Of a DNA stretch of 64,000 bases, positions 55,013 through 64,000 are shown in pieces (the stretch's first letter is position 1; each line of letters starts with the position of its first letter). Where the stretch lies: assembly GCA_029561555.1 (NCBI GenBank), contig JAKQXH010000058.1, positions 2,949 through 66,948 on the forward strand, read 5' to 3'. The stretch is from Candidatus Omnitrophota bacterium. GTDB lineage: Bacteria; Omnitrophota; Omnitrophia; Omnitrophales; Omnitrophaceae. Under the pieces are notes generated by a model, which was not told where the DNA came from, did not search any database, and was given only the letters and a program-made list of their open reading frames with translations. Both the position numbers and the translations under genes were made by a program.

Positions 55013-56913
55013 TCCGCCCCCGCCTGCCCCGTTTTGATTTTATCGAGATACGCGCGCGCTTTTTCATATCCGGGATTCAAACGAAGCGCGTCCCGAAAAT
55101 ATTTTTCCGCGTCCGCCGATCGTCCCGATAAAGCCAGCGCCACTCCCATATTGTAATACGCTTGCGGATAGTCCGGCTTGAGACGTATCGCCTTCCCGTA
55201 ATTTGAAATCGCCTCTTCATAACGCCCCAAAGTCGCCAGCGAAACTCCGAGCCCGGCATAGGCCTCCGCAAAACCGGGTCTCAGCTCTATCGCGCGGGAG
55301 AAACACTCCGCCGCCGGCAGGCTCCGCCCCGAACGCCCCAGCAGCACCCCCAGGCCGTAATAGGCGGTCACATAATCCGGATCGATCCGGATCGCCATCC
55401 GGTATTCCTCTTCCGCCCCGCTGATATTCCCCGATTTCGAAAGGACCTCCGCGGCATTGTAATGGGCCCTCGCGAATCCCGGATTCAGTGAAATGCTTCG
55501 GGCAAAATAAGACAGGGCCTCGTCCCATTTTTCCTGTTTCATTTTCATCACGCCGAGATTGTTGTACGTCTCCGCGTTATCCGGCTTGATCCCGATCGCG
55601 CGCAAAAAATATCCGGCGGCTTTTTCGTATTCGTCCCGGCAGGCCAGCTCGTTGCCGAGATTGTTTTGAGCGATATAATTCCGCGGATTCACCCGGATCG
55701 CCCGCTCAAAGACCGACAAATTATCCCGCCAATACGGCACTTGCAAAAACGAGGTTAAAGCAAACACGGCGATCGCGGCCATTCCCAAAACCGGCAGCAT
55801 GATTCGCGTCCGACGCCTACCGGTCAGCCGGTCCGAGACGCCCCAAACGGTAAGCAGAAAAATCCCGATCCCCGGAAAATACATAAAGCGGTCCGCCGGG
55901 ACCCAAAGGCCGATCATCGGAATCAAAGCGATGATCCACCAAAACCAGCCGGCAAAAAAATAAGGCCGGCGTTTCATTCCCGTCAACGCCGCAACGGAAC
56001 CCGCCGACAGAAAAACCCATCCCGCGAGACATTGCCACCACACTAGCGGTAATTCGGGAGAGGGCCCGTAAATTCCCAATCCGGCGGGCCAGAAAACTTT
56101 CCCGAAATACCCGGCGTAAATCAATCCGACCTGGGCGGCAATGCGGAAAGGAGAAGAATAGGTCAACGCCCCGCTCTGCCCGATGAAAGGAACGGGGAGC
56201 ATCAGGAGGCTCAGCAAAAACAGCGGCCATTTTTCCGATACCCGCTCAAAAAAACTTCGCAGTATCGAGCGATCGGCATTCATCCGTCTCAGGGGCCAGA
56301 CGTCCAGAATCAGCAAAAGCGCGGGCAAAGTCACCAGCATCGGTTTGGACATCAATCCCATGGCAAAAGTGAAAATCAGAAACCCCATCCGGATCGCGGA
56401 ACGTTTCCGGACATACCGGAGATAAGCCCCGACCGAAATCAGCCCCCAAAAAACGCTTAAGACGTCCTTTCGCGCCGTCACCCAGGCAACGGTTTCCGTC
56501 TGCAGGGGATGCACCGCAAAAAAAGCCGCCGTGAAAAAGCTCCGCCAGTACGATCCGGTCATTTGCCGGACGAGAATAAACAGCAGCAGCACGTTCAGGA
56601 TATGGATGAGAAGATTGGTCAGATGATGTCCGCGGGGATTCATGCCGAATATCGAAACATCCAGCATCCGCGAAAGAAACGTCACGGGCTGCCAGTAATC
56701 GGCATTCGGGGATTTCCGGACCAGATCCGCCTCGAACGCCCATCGAATCCCCTCCGGGGTCAGCCCGGCGTTTAAGTGCGGGTTTTCCGACACGTACAGG
56801 TCATCGTCGAAATTCAGAAAGGCGCACTGGGTGACCCGCCCGAACGTCAGCGCGGTCATCAGAATCAGGCCGAACCCGACCGCCAGAGAAAGACTAATCC
56901 GTTTCCCGTTCAC
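55009..56913 (-). CDS. TMTC-like membrane protein: PMT_2/DUF1736-type polytopic N-domain fused to TPR repeats
   Basis: FLNFDDDLYVSENPHL motif after TM1, about 10 TM segments, then 7 or more TPR units (AETYNNLGV..., ARAHYNAAEV...). Confidence 0.8.
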   Translation of the reverse strand: MNGKRISLSLAVGFGLILMTALTFGRVTQCAFLNFDDDLYVSENPHLNAGLTPEGIRWAFEADLVRKSPNADYWQPVTFLSRMLDVSIFGMNPRGHHLTNLLIHILNVLLLFILVRQMTGSYWRSFFTAAFFAVHPLQTETVAWVTARKDVLSVFWGLISVGAYLRYVRKRSAIRMGFLIFTFAMGLMSKPMLVTLPALLLILDVWPLRRMNADRSILRSFFERVSEKWPLFLLSLLMLPVPFIGQSGALTYSSPFRIAAQVGLIYAGYFGKVFWPAGLGIYGPSPELPLVWWQCLAGWVFLSAGSVAALTGMKRRPYFFAGWFWWIIALIPMIGLWVPADRFMYFPGIGIFLLTVWGVSDRLTGRRRTRIMLPVLGMAAIAVFALTSFLQVPYWRDNLSVFERAIRVNPRNYIAQNNLGNELACRDEYEKAAGYFLRAIGIKPDNAETYNNLGVMKMKQEKWDEALSYFARSISLNPGFARAHYNAAEVLSKSGNISGAEEEYRMAIRIDPDYVTAYYGLGVLLGRSGRSLPAAECFSRAIELRPGFAEAYAGLGVSLATLGRYEEAISNYGKAIRLKPDYPQAYYNMGVALALSGRSADAEKYFRDALRLNPGYEKARAYLDKIKTGQAGAE

Positions 56914-58156
56914 GCAATCTCCTCAAGACTCCCGCCGAAGCCACGTTCGCGCCGGCCCACGCCCACTGCAGATTAAACCCGCCGATTCTCCCGTCGGCGT
57001 CCAGAATTTCTCCGGCAAAGAAAAGCCCTTTTTGGAATTTGGATTCAAGCGTCGCCGAATCGACCTCGTCCAAGTCGACGCCGCCCGCCGTCGCTTCCGC
57101 CTTATCATAGCCCGAAGCCCCGTTGACCGGCAGAGGAAAATGGAACAAGGCCTTCAGAACGGCCTCCCTCGCCTCCCGTCCCAGTTGATTCAAAATCAAA
57201 TTCCCGTCAATCCCCCGTTTTTCAAGAAGCATTCCGGCCAGCCGTTCCGGTAAAAAGACGGAAAGGAATTTTTTCAACGTCTTCGCGGGAGTTTTCCGGC
57301 AGGCCTGAATCATCTGAAGGCGGAAATCCGCTTCTTTGATCCGGGGCAGAAAATCCGCTTTCACCTCCGCGCGGCCTTCGGTGCGCCGACGGATCCAATG
57401 CCGGCTGATGTCCAAAACCACGGGACCGCTGAAGCCGGAATGGGTAAACAGAAAATCCCCCCGGGACTCCGAGGCTTTTTTCCCGCCCGCCCAAAGACTC
57501 AAGCATACGGAAAGCGTCACGCCGGAAAGATTTTTGCAATCGGGATCCGTCGTCAGAAACGGCGTCAAAGCCGGCGTCAGCGAAATCAGGTGATGCCCGA
57601 AAGCTTTTGCGATTTCATATCCCGTTCCGTCGGAACCCGTGGACGGATACGACAGACCTCCCGTGCATAAAACAACCGTTTTCGAAAAATATTCAAAATC
57701 CCGCCCCTTGATCAAAAACAACCCGGCCCGGAAAACGACGGACCCGACTTTCTTCTTCGTTTCAATCCGGACTCCGAGCGGGCGGATCTCCTTCAAAAAA
57801 GCCTCCACGACCGCCCTGCCGGAAGACGGGGACGGGAATATTTTCCCGCCTTCGCCCGCGACCAACGGGACACCCAAAGACTCGAAGAACGCCGCCGTTT
57901 CCTCGGGAGAAAAAGCCTTCAGGACATGCCGGACTTTTCGCGGGGCCTCGCTTCCGTAATCCTTCTCCGTCACCTCCCGGTGCGTGATATTGCAATGCCC
58001 GCCTCCGGATATTAAAATTTTCGCCCCAGCGGAAGCTTCTCCCTCGAGAAGCAGCGTCTTTAATTTTTCCCGTCCGCATAAAACCGCGGCCGCAAGCCCC
58101 GACGCGCCGGCTCCGATAATCCCGACATCCCAAATCATTTTTTCATCCGCTGACAT
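56894..58156 (-). CDS. HI0933/YhiN (BaiN-like) family FAD-dependent oxidoreductase
   Basis: WDVGIIGAGASGLAAAV, ISGGGHCNITH and C-terminal FFAGEILDADGRIGGFNLQWAW. Confidence 0.85.
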   Translation of the reverse strand: MSADEKMIWDVGIIGAGASGLAAAVLCGREKLKTLLLEGEASAGAKILISGGGHCNITHREVTEKDYGSEAPRKVRHVLKAFSPEETAAFFESLGVPLVAGEGGKIFPSPSSGRAVVEAFLKEIRPLGVRIETKKKVGSVVFRAGLFLIKGRDFEYFSKTVVLCTGGLSYPSTGSDGTGYEIAKAFGHHLISLTPALTPFLTTDPDCKNLSGVTLSVCLSLWAGGKKASESRGDFLFTHSGFSGPVVLDISRHWIRRRTEGRAEVKADFLPRIKEADFRLQMIQACRKTPAKTLKKFLSVFLPERLAGMLLEKRGIDGNLILNQLGREAREAVLKALFHFPLPVNGASGYDKAEATAGGVDLDEVDSATLESKFQKGLFFAGEILDADGRIGGFNLQWAWAGANVASAGVLRRLRERETD

Positions 58157-58290
58157 TCATTCCCCCAACCGCGTATTATCTTACCGAATCCGCCCTTTTT
58201 ACCGAAACAAATCCTTCCTGCCGGACTTGCCGCACCAAGACACACCCCTTCCCCGTAAATAATGCCGGAAAAAGGGGAACGCGGACCGGC

Positions 58291-58647
58291 TCAGCGCCGT
58301 TCCGTAGGATGAATTTCTTCAAACGCCTCAAATACCGTCTCGGGCTTCCACAGCGGCTGATAATTTGAAGGCAAAGGGATCAAGAATGTCGCCACGTCAT
58401 AGACGCCGGTCAATTCCCGCGCGACGGTAAAGAGAGTCCCTCTGAGAAGTCCCGCAAAAAGGGACGTCAGGGCATCGTGATCCTGCCTCAACGAGCACGT
58501 CTGGATAAAATATTCCCAAGGGGCCGTGATGATATTGGTGAGCCCCCGGCTGAACTTGATAATGGGGTCATTCCCCGCATAAGCCGGACTGGGGACCAGC
58601 AGGCAAAAAAGTAATAAACCGATCAGGATCTTTTTCATGATTTCCAT
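58291..58647 (-). CDS. Small secreted protein, possibly exosortase system-associated TIGR04073-like
   Basis: Signal peptide, then KFSRGLTNIITAPWEYF, which resembles the KL.RG..N motif of that family as I remember it. No exosortase gene lies in the window. Confidence 0.45.
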   Translation of the reverse strand: MEIMKKILIGLLLFCLLVPSPAYAGNDPIIKFSRGLTNIITAPWEYFIQTCSLRQDHDALTSLFAGLLRGTLFTVARELTGVYDVATFLIPLPSNYQPLWKPETVFEAFEEIHPTERR

Positions 58648-58738
58648 AAATGGTCTCTCCTTTCGGAATCCTTTTCGAAAACAAGTACCGAAACGCTCTC
58701 TTATGAATTACGTCCTTTTTCGCAAATCTTTGAGTGTT

Positions 58739-59296
58739 TCACTTCAGCATTTTTCGGACGATCTCGACGGGAAGGCCGATCACATTCGAATAAGATCCCC
58801 GGATCCGGCTCACAATCTTGGGTCGTTCCTGAATCGCATACGCGCCGGCCTTGTCAAAGGGGTTGACACGGGAAACGTACTGAAGCATTCTCTCCCGGCT
58901 CAAGCGCTCCACATAAACCCCCGTTTTCGAAACCGCCGTCCGGACTTTCCCGGCCTTCCGATCCAGCATCGCGACCCCCGTGTACACGTGATGCAGCCGG
59001 CCCGAAAGAAGCGACAGCATTTTGAGAGCCTCTTTTTTCGTTTTCGGTTTTCCCAGAACGCGCCTCCCGCAGCAGACAATCGTGTCGGCCCCCAGAATGA
59101 ATCTTGCCCGGGCCGGAGCGCAGGCCCGCTTCACTTTCCCCGTTGCATGCCGGAGCGCTATCTTTTCGGGCGGAAGGCCCCGGAGCTTTTCCTCCCGGTA
59201 ACGGGAAGAAACGACGCGAAAACGGACTCCCATTTTCTTCAGGAGACTTCTGCGCCGGGGAGATTTTGATGCCAGGTAAACGATATCGCGTTTCAT
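58739..59296 (-). CDS. maf: Maf family nucleoside triphosphate pyrophosphatase
   Basis: LASKSPRRRSLL, GADTIV, KAGAYAIQE and GSYSNVIGLP. Confidence 0.88.
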   Translation of the reverse strand: MKRDIVYLASKSPRRRSLLKKMGVRFRVVSSRYREEKLRGLPPEKIALRHATGKVKRACAPARARFILGADTIVCCGRRVLGKPKTKKEALKMLSLLSGRLHHVYTGVAMLDRKAGKVRTAVSKTGVYVERLSRERMLQYVSRVNPFDKAGAYAIQERPKIVSRIRGSYSNVIGLPVEIVRKMLK

Positions 59297-59419
59297 GAAG
59301 TCGAAATCTAATCGTCTGCGAAACGAAAGTCAAGCATACATATATTGCTTCCGTTTCGGCATTGCTTATGACAAAATACGCCCGGCTGTTTTTACCGCAA
59401 AAACGGAAGGACTCGAACC

Positions 59420-60199
59420 ATGAAACCCGTCGCGCTCACCATCGCCGGTTCGGACCCCTCGGGAGGGGCCGGCATACAGGCCGATTTAAAGACCTTTCAC
59501 CAAAGAAAAGTCTACGGGATGAGTGTGATCACGCTTCTGACGGCTCAAAATACCCAATCGCTGGCCCGGGTGGAATATTTCAAGCCCGAATGGGTCCTTG
59601 CCCAGTTGGACGCCGTCCTGGCGGACATCAAGCCCCGGGCCGCCAAGACCGGCGCATTGGGGACCCGGGAGATTATCGAAGCGGTCGCGGCCAAAGCAAA
59701 AGAGTTTTCCTTCCCTCTTGTCGTCGATCCGGTCATGATCAGCAAGCACGGAGGGGTCTTGGTTGAAAAACGTGCCGTCCAGGCCCTGAAAGAACATCTG
59801 CTCCCCAGGGCAGACCTCGTGACTCCCAATATCCCGGAAGCCGGCGAATTGTCCGGTATCGAAATCACCGGCGACGATTCGATGAAAGAGGCGGCAAAAC
59901 GCATCGCGCAACTCGGGCCCAAAGCCGTGTTGATCAAAGGCGGGCACCGGAAAGGAAAAGCCGAAGACCTCCTGTACGCTCAGAAAAAGTTTTTCACGTT
60001 TTCGTCCAACCGCATCGACACCGTCCACACGCACGGGACCGGCTGCACCTACTCCGCGGCCGTCACGGCCGAACTCGCGAAAGGGATCGATCTCGTCAAA
60101 GCCGTCGAGACCGCAAAAAAATACGTTTCGAAGGCGATCGAAACCGCCCCCGGCCTCGGGCACGGCTCGGGCCCCGTCAATCACCACGCGGAAATTTAA
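59420..60199 (+). CDS. thiD: Hydroxymethylpyrimidine/phosphomethylpyrimidine kinase
   Basis: ALTIAGSDPSGGAGIQADLKTF, KTGALG, HTHGTGCTYSAA. Confidence 0.9.
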   Translation: MKPVALTIAGSDPSGGAGIQADLKTFHQRKVYGMSVITLLTAQNTQSLARVEYFKPEWVLAQLDAVLADIKPRAAKTGALGTREIIEAVAAKAKEFSFPLVVDPVMISKHGGVLVEKRAVQALKEHLLPRADLVTPNIPEAGELSGIEITGDDSMKEAAKRIAQLGPKAVLIKGGHRKGKAEDLLYAQKKFFTFSSNRIDTVHTHGTGCTYSAAVTAELAKGIDLVKAVETAKKYVSKAIETAPGLGHGSGPVNHHAEI

Positions 60200-60206
60200 T
60201 CCGGAT

Positions 60207-63200
60207 TTACGCGGAAAAACCTTCCCGGCTGAGCGGACCGCGCCCCTCCAGGAGAAGCTCGGAAAAAGATTCGGGCGGGACCGGCTTGCTGAAAAGATAC
60301 CCCTGCATTTTGTCGCAGCTTTTCCCGCGGAGGAACGCAAGCTGCTGCTGGGTCTCCACTCCCTCGGCAATCACCTCCAGCTTCAGGCCGTGCGCCATCG
60401 AAATGATCGCCCCGGCAATCGCGGCATGATTCGCTTCCGTCGAAAAATCCCGCATGAAGGATTTGTCGATCTTGAGCGCGTTGATCGGAAAACGGCTGAG
60501 ATAACCGAGCGAACAGTACCCGATCCCGAAATCGTCGACCGAAATCTTTACGCCCATTTTTTTCAATTCGCGGAGGATCTCGACGGTCTCCTCCACGTTC
60601 TCCATGATCGTCCCTTCCGTCAGTTCCAGTTCCAGATACGCGGGCTCCAGTTCGGTCTCCCGTAACACGCGGCGGATCATTTTCGCGAGGTTCCCCGACT
60701 GAAACTGCCGCGCGGAAAGATTCACGGAAACCGTCATCGGGAGGAATCCCTGACGCTGCCAGACCTTGTTCTGCGTGCAGGCGGCGTGAAGCACCCACTC
60801 CCCGAGCTCGACGATAAACCCGTTCTCCTCCGCCAGCGGGATGAATTCCGCGGGAGAAACCAGTCCGAGCGTCGGATGCTGCCAGCGCACCAGCGCCTCC
60901 GTCCCGGAAATCATCCCCGTCCGCAAATCCACCTGCGGTTGGTAGTAGACCCGGAACTCCGCCCTTTCCAGGGCATGCCGGAGACTTGTCTCCAGGACCA
61001 GCCGTTCGAAAGCCCGCGCGTTCATCGCGGACGAATAGAGCTGGTAATTATTTCTCCCGTGATTTTTCGCCCGGTACATCGCCGCGTCGGCGTTCCGCAG
61101 CAGCACTTCGCCTTCCTTCCCGTCGGAAGGATAGAAACTGATCCCCATGCTGCAGCTCATAAAAAGCTCGTGCCCCCCGACGTAAAACGGGATTTTCAAT
61201 GCCGCGTAAATTTTGTCCGCAATCTTGACCATGTCCTCCGTCGGCCCGATCTTCGGGACCAGGATGGCGTACTCATCCGACCCGAGTCGCGTCACCGTGT
61301 CCGTTTCCTGCAAAGTCTTCTGCAAACGCTCCGCGACCATTTGCAGGAGCTGATCCCCCAAGGCATGCCCGAGCGTGTCATTGACGCGCTTGAAATGGTC
61401 CAAATCCAGCAGAATCAGCCCCACATGCTGGCGATAGCGGCGGGCGGAAATGATCGCCTGATTCAGACGGTCGATAAAAAGAATCCGGTTCGGAAGATCG
61501 GTCAGCGAGTCATGATAGGCGATATACTTAAACCGCTCGACGGTCCTCTTCCGCTCGAGCGCGCTCGCGAAAATCTCCCCCATAATCTTGAGCAGCGCCA
61601 CCGCGTCTTCCGTCCAGGTCCGATCTTCCGTGACGGAATCAAATCCCAGAAAACCCACCAAATCCCCCCCGCACACCATCGGGACAACCACCAGCGAGTG
61701 AATCCCCTGCGATTCGAAATGCTCCCGCTCGGCATTCGCGTCCTGCGGAAGATCGGCCACCTTGGGGATATGAACCGTCTCCAAAGACGTGATTTTCCGG
61801 TACAGCCAGGGAAGGTCCATGGCGCGGATATTCTTGAGATTTTGGATCTCGGGCTCCACCCCTTCCTTGCACCATTCGTAAACATTGTCCATGATCGTGT
61901 CGTTTTCCAGGAACTGGAAAATATAACTCCGGTCGGCATCCACGAACTTCCCGATTTCCTGAAGCGCGTAATTGACCTCGCTGTCGATTTCATCCGGGGA
62001 AAGGTTGATGAATTTCGTGGACAAGGTCGTCACCAATTTTTCGAATTCGAGCCGGTACCGGAGCGCTTCCTCCGTCTGCCGCCGTTCGGTGATGTCCCTC
62101 CCCACGCCCTGGATTTCAACCGGCCGATTCTGCTCGTCCCGGATCGCGCAATCCTCCCATCCGATCCACCGCCATCCCTCCGCCGTCAAAGCCCGCTGCT
62201 CAAGATACGCGCGGTAGGGCGGAGTCTCAAGCGCTTTCATGGCTTCCAGCGTGCCGGGCAGATCGTCGGGATGGACCAGGGGCGAGAAATTCTTCCCGAG
62301 CAGTTCTTCGCGGGTCTTCCCGAATTTCCGGCAGTAGGCGTCGTTGACAAACGTGAAACGCCCTTCGGGGTCGACCCGGACGATTAAATCCTGCTGGGAC
62401 TCCACCAATCCCCGGTATCGATTTTCATTCTCGCGCAGCGATTCTTCCGCTTTCTTCCTCGCCGTGATATTCCGGGAAATCCCCATGACCGCTTCCACTC
62501 TCTGTTCGGAATCCTTGATGGGAATCAGCACCGTGCTCAGCCAGATTTCCTCCCCCGGGAAAACCACTTTCCCCTCAAACGTCCCGATCGTTCCCGTTTC
62601 GAAAACGGTCCGCAGATTCGTCATCTGCCGCCGGCTGGTTTCCTCCGGAAACAGTTCCGTGATTTTCCGGCCGAGAATTTCCCCGGAAGGCCGTCCGAAT
62701 TGCCGCGCGCCGATTTCATTCACGTATTGGACGCAGCCGTCCCCGTTGACGACAAATATGGAATCCTGGGTCGATTCGGCAAGCAGCCGGTAAAGCCGGG
62801 CGTCTTTGCGCAATTCGTCGAGGGCCTTTTTCTCTTCGGTGATGTTTTTGACCAGAACGGCCGCTTCGTTTTCGGAAAGCAAAAACAATTTGGCCTCGAA
62901 ATACTGCTCCCGTCCGTTGACCGGCAGCCAGTATTCGACGCCGGCCGGTTCCCGGGTCTCCCGGAGCCGGTCAAGCGCCTGCCGGAGCTTTCGGGCGACC
63001 TCCGCGGGAAGAATCTCTTCCGCCCGTTTCCCCAGAAAAAACTCCGGGGGGACGTACAGCTCAGACACCCGTTTGGCCTTGTAATCGAGAATCACTCCGT
63101 CCAGATTGATCCGGAAATATAAATCCGGAAGGACGCCGAAGACCGCTTCCAATTCGGAATTTTTCCGGACGAGTTCCCCCGCCGATTTTTTCCATTCCGC

Positions 63201-63575
63201 CGCGTAACGAAGCGCGCGAAGCAGCGTCTCCGAATCCAGGCGCTCCTTCAGCAAATAATCCTGGGCCCCTTCGAGCAGAATCTGCTTCAATTCAATTTCC
63301 CGGTCCGGGCCGACCAGGAGAATCACCGGGACCAGCGGAAACCGGTCCCGCATTCTTTCAAATTCGCCGGAACTCAGGACCGCGGGCATGGAGATATCAA
63401 GCAGAATCACGTCGAACTCGCATGACACAGCGGAAAGATTTTCATCGGAAGGAAACTCGGAAAGGCGGACGATATTCAGCGGGCAGTCTTTCTGCTTCGA
63501 AAAGAGCGACAAAAAAGTTTTCCCGCCCGCCGGTTCCGCATCAATCCATAATATGTTCAGAACGCGATCTTGCAC
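60207..63575 (-). CDS. Multidomain signalling protein: REC - multiple PAS - GAF - GGDEF (degenerate GSDEY) - EAL
   Basis: N-terminal receiver (VILLDISMP), repeated PAS-like blocks, a GAF domain, a GGDEF domain reading RLGSDEYAIL, and an intact EAL set (EALVRW, ELTE, DDFGIGY, KIDKSF, EGVET). Confidence 0.9.
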   Translation of the reverse strand: MQDRVLNILWIDAEPAGGKTFLSLFSKQKDCPLNIVRLSEFPSDENLSAVSCEFDVILLDISMPAVLSSGEFERMRDRFPLVPVILLVGPDREIELKQILLEGAQDYLLKERLDSETLLRALRYAAEWKKSAGELVRKNSELEAVFGVLPDLYFRINLDGVILDYKAKRVSELYVPPEFFLGKRAEEILPAEVARKLRQALDRLRETREPAGVEYWLPVNGREQYFEAKLFLLSENEAAVLVKNITEEKKALDELRKDARLYRLLAESTQDSIFVVNGDGCVQYVNEIGARQFGRPSGEILGRKITELFPEETSRRQMTNLRTVFETGTIGTFEGKVVFPGEEIWLSTVLIPIKDSEQRVEAVMGISRNITARKKAEESLRENENRYRGLVESQQDLIVRVDPEGRFTFVNDAYCRKFGKTREELLGKNFSPLVHPDDLPGTLEAMKALETPPYRAYLEQRALTAEGWRWIGWEDCAIRDEQNRPVEIQGVGRDITERRQTEEALRYRLEFEKLVTTLSTKFINLSPDEIDSEVNYALQEIGKFVDADRSYIFQFLENDTIMDNVYEWCKEGVEPEIQNLKNIRAMDLPWLYRKITSLETVHIPKVADLPQDANAEREHFESQGIHSLVVVPMVCGGDLVGFLGFDSVTEDRTWTEDAVALLKIMGEIFASALERKRTVERFKYIAYHDSLTDLPNRILFIDRLNQAIISARRYRQHVGLILLDLDHFKRVNDTLGHALGDQLLQMVAERLQKTLQETDTVTRLGSDEYAILVPKIGPTEDMVKIADKIYAALKIPFYVGGHELFMSCSMGISFYPSDGKEGEVLLRNADAAMYRAKNHGRNNYQLYSSAMNARAFERLVLETSLRHALERAEFRVYYQPQVDLRTGMISGTEALVRWQHPTLGLVSPAEFIPLAEENGFIVELGEWVLHAACTQNKVWQRQGFLPMTVSVNLSARQFQSGNLAKMIRRVLRETELEPAYLELELTEGTIMENVEETVEILRELKKMGVKISVDDFGIGYCSLGYLSRFPINALKIDKSFMRDFSTEANHAAIAGAIISMAHGLKLEVIAEGVETQQQLAFLRGKSCDKMQGYLFSKPVPPESFSELLLEGRGPLSREGFSA

Positions 63576-63708
63576 GGCTTCCCCCGAATTTTTTCAGGAA
63601 AAAGGGGTTATTTTCGCAAGTCTAATCTGTTACTTAAAATGGTAACGCGGGAAGGGACCTTTTTCAAGAAAGATAAAAAAGAGGGTTAAAAAGTCCGCTC
63701 ATTCCCTC

Positions 63709-64000
63709 TCAATTTTGATCTTTTTTTCCGAAATCCCCGGCCACGACCAGGCAAAGCCGGGACGGATGATAAAAGCGTTTGATAGCGTCATTAACGGTAA
63801 CGAGGGAAAGATGTTTCACTTCCGAAGGATAGCCGTCCAGATACCCGATCCCCAATCCCAGTTCTTCATACTTCAAAATCTGCCCCGCCAGCCCCTGAGT
63901 ACTGGCCAAATCCACTTTAAAGCGTCCGCAGATCGCGTTTTGATTCCGGGCCAGTTCATCTTCCCGGATCCCTCCGCTCACAAATCCGGCGAGTTGCTTT
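63709..64000 (-). CDS. C-terminal part of an M16 (pitrilysin/insulinase) family peptidase-like protein (runs off right edge)
   Basis: The reading frame is open to the window end. The C-terminal pattern (GLGIGYLDGYPSEVKHLSLVTVNDAIKRFYHPSRLCLVVAGD) is typical of M16 C-terminal domains. Confidence 0.5.
   Translation of the reverse strand, partial: KQLAGFVSGGIREDELARNQNAICGRFKVDLASTQGLAGQILKYEELGLGIGYLDGYPSEVKHLSLVTVNDAIKRFYHPSRLCLVVAGDFGKKDQN

Noticed and set aside
59297-59419. Possible TPP riboswitch upstream of thiD. I also checked upstream of the thiC operon at 3436-3590 and the short thiC-proximal gap at 403-456.
   Set aside because: None of the hallmark TPP aptamer boxes (CUGAGA, ACCUGAUCUGGAUAAUGCCAGCG-like) are present on the relevant strands, and the gaps are short or unstructured.
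59409-59419. GGACTCGAACC, the reverse complement of a tRNA T-arm-like GGTTCGAGTCC.
   Set aside because: The flanking sequence cannot form a T stem or the rest of a cloverleaf, and it would run into the thiD coding region. No tRNA is supported anywhere in the window.

Overview
64 kb of mostly ordinary chromosomal core genome from what looks like an uncultivated, probably anaerobic bacterium. GC is moderately high and coding density is high, with most genes on the minus strand. I support about 60 protein-coding genes: thiamine genes (thiC, thiO-like, thiD), mutS-mutL, ilvD, cysE, glgP, a PPi-type phosphofructokinase, nth, lnt, an MlaEFD lipid transporter, an NSS transporter, a CPA2 antiporter, MscS, several radical SAM enzymes, and c-di-GMP signalling proteins. 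I found no rRNA, tRNA, CRISPR array, transposase, integrase or phage genes, so no classical mobile or defence island can be supported. The most unusual signals are noncoding. (1) A roughly 174-nt, highly structured element occurs twice at about 92% identity, each time between convergent genes, and some differences between the copies preserve base pairing. (2) A roughly 165-nt multi-helix leader lies upstream of the CPA2 cation antiporter and is a riboswitch candidate, possibly of the c-di-AMP class. (3) A GGGGTCACRCC motif occurs as two inverted pairs. One pair is a perfect palindrome over the divergent mutS/lnt promoters. The other brackets six AGAC heptad repeats and a 10-nt tandem duplication. 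Secondary gene-level oddities are an HD-GYP / RsbW-like kinase / STAS / MlaEFD operon, a thiC operon with a fused siroheme-decarboxylase-like gene and two radical SAM genes, tandem zinc-ribbon membrane paralogs with a CYTH enzyme, and an orphan 34-aa hydrophobic peptide gene. All homology calls rest on motif recognition by eye, because no searches could be run.
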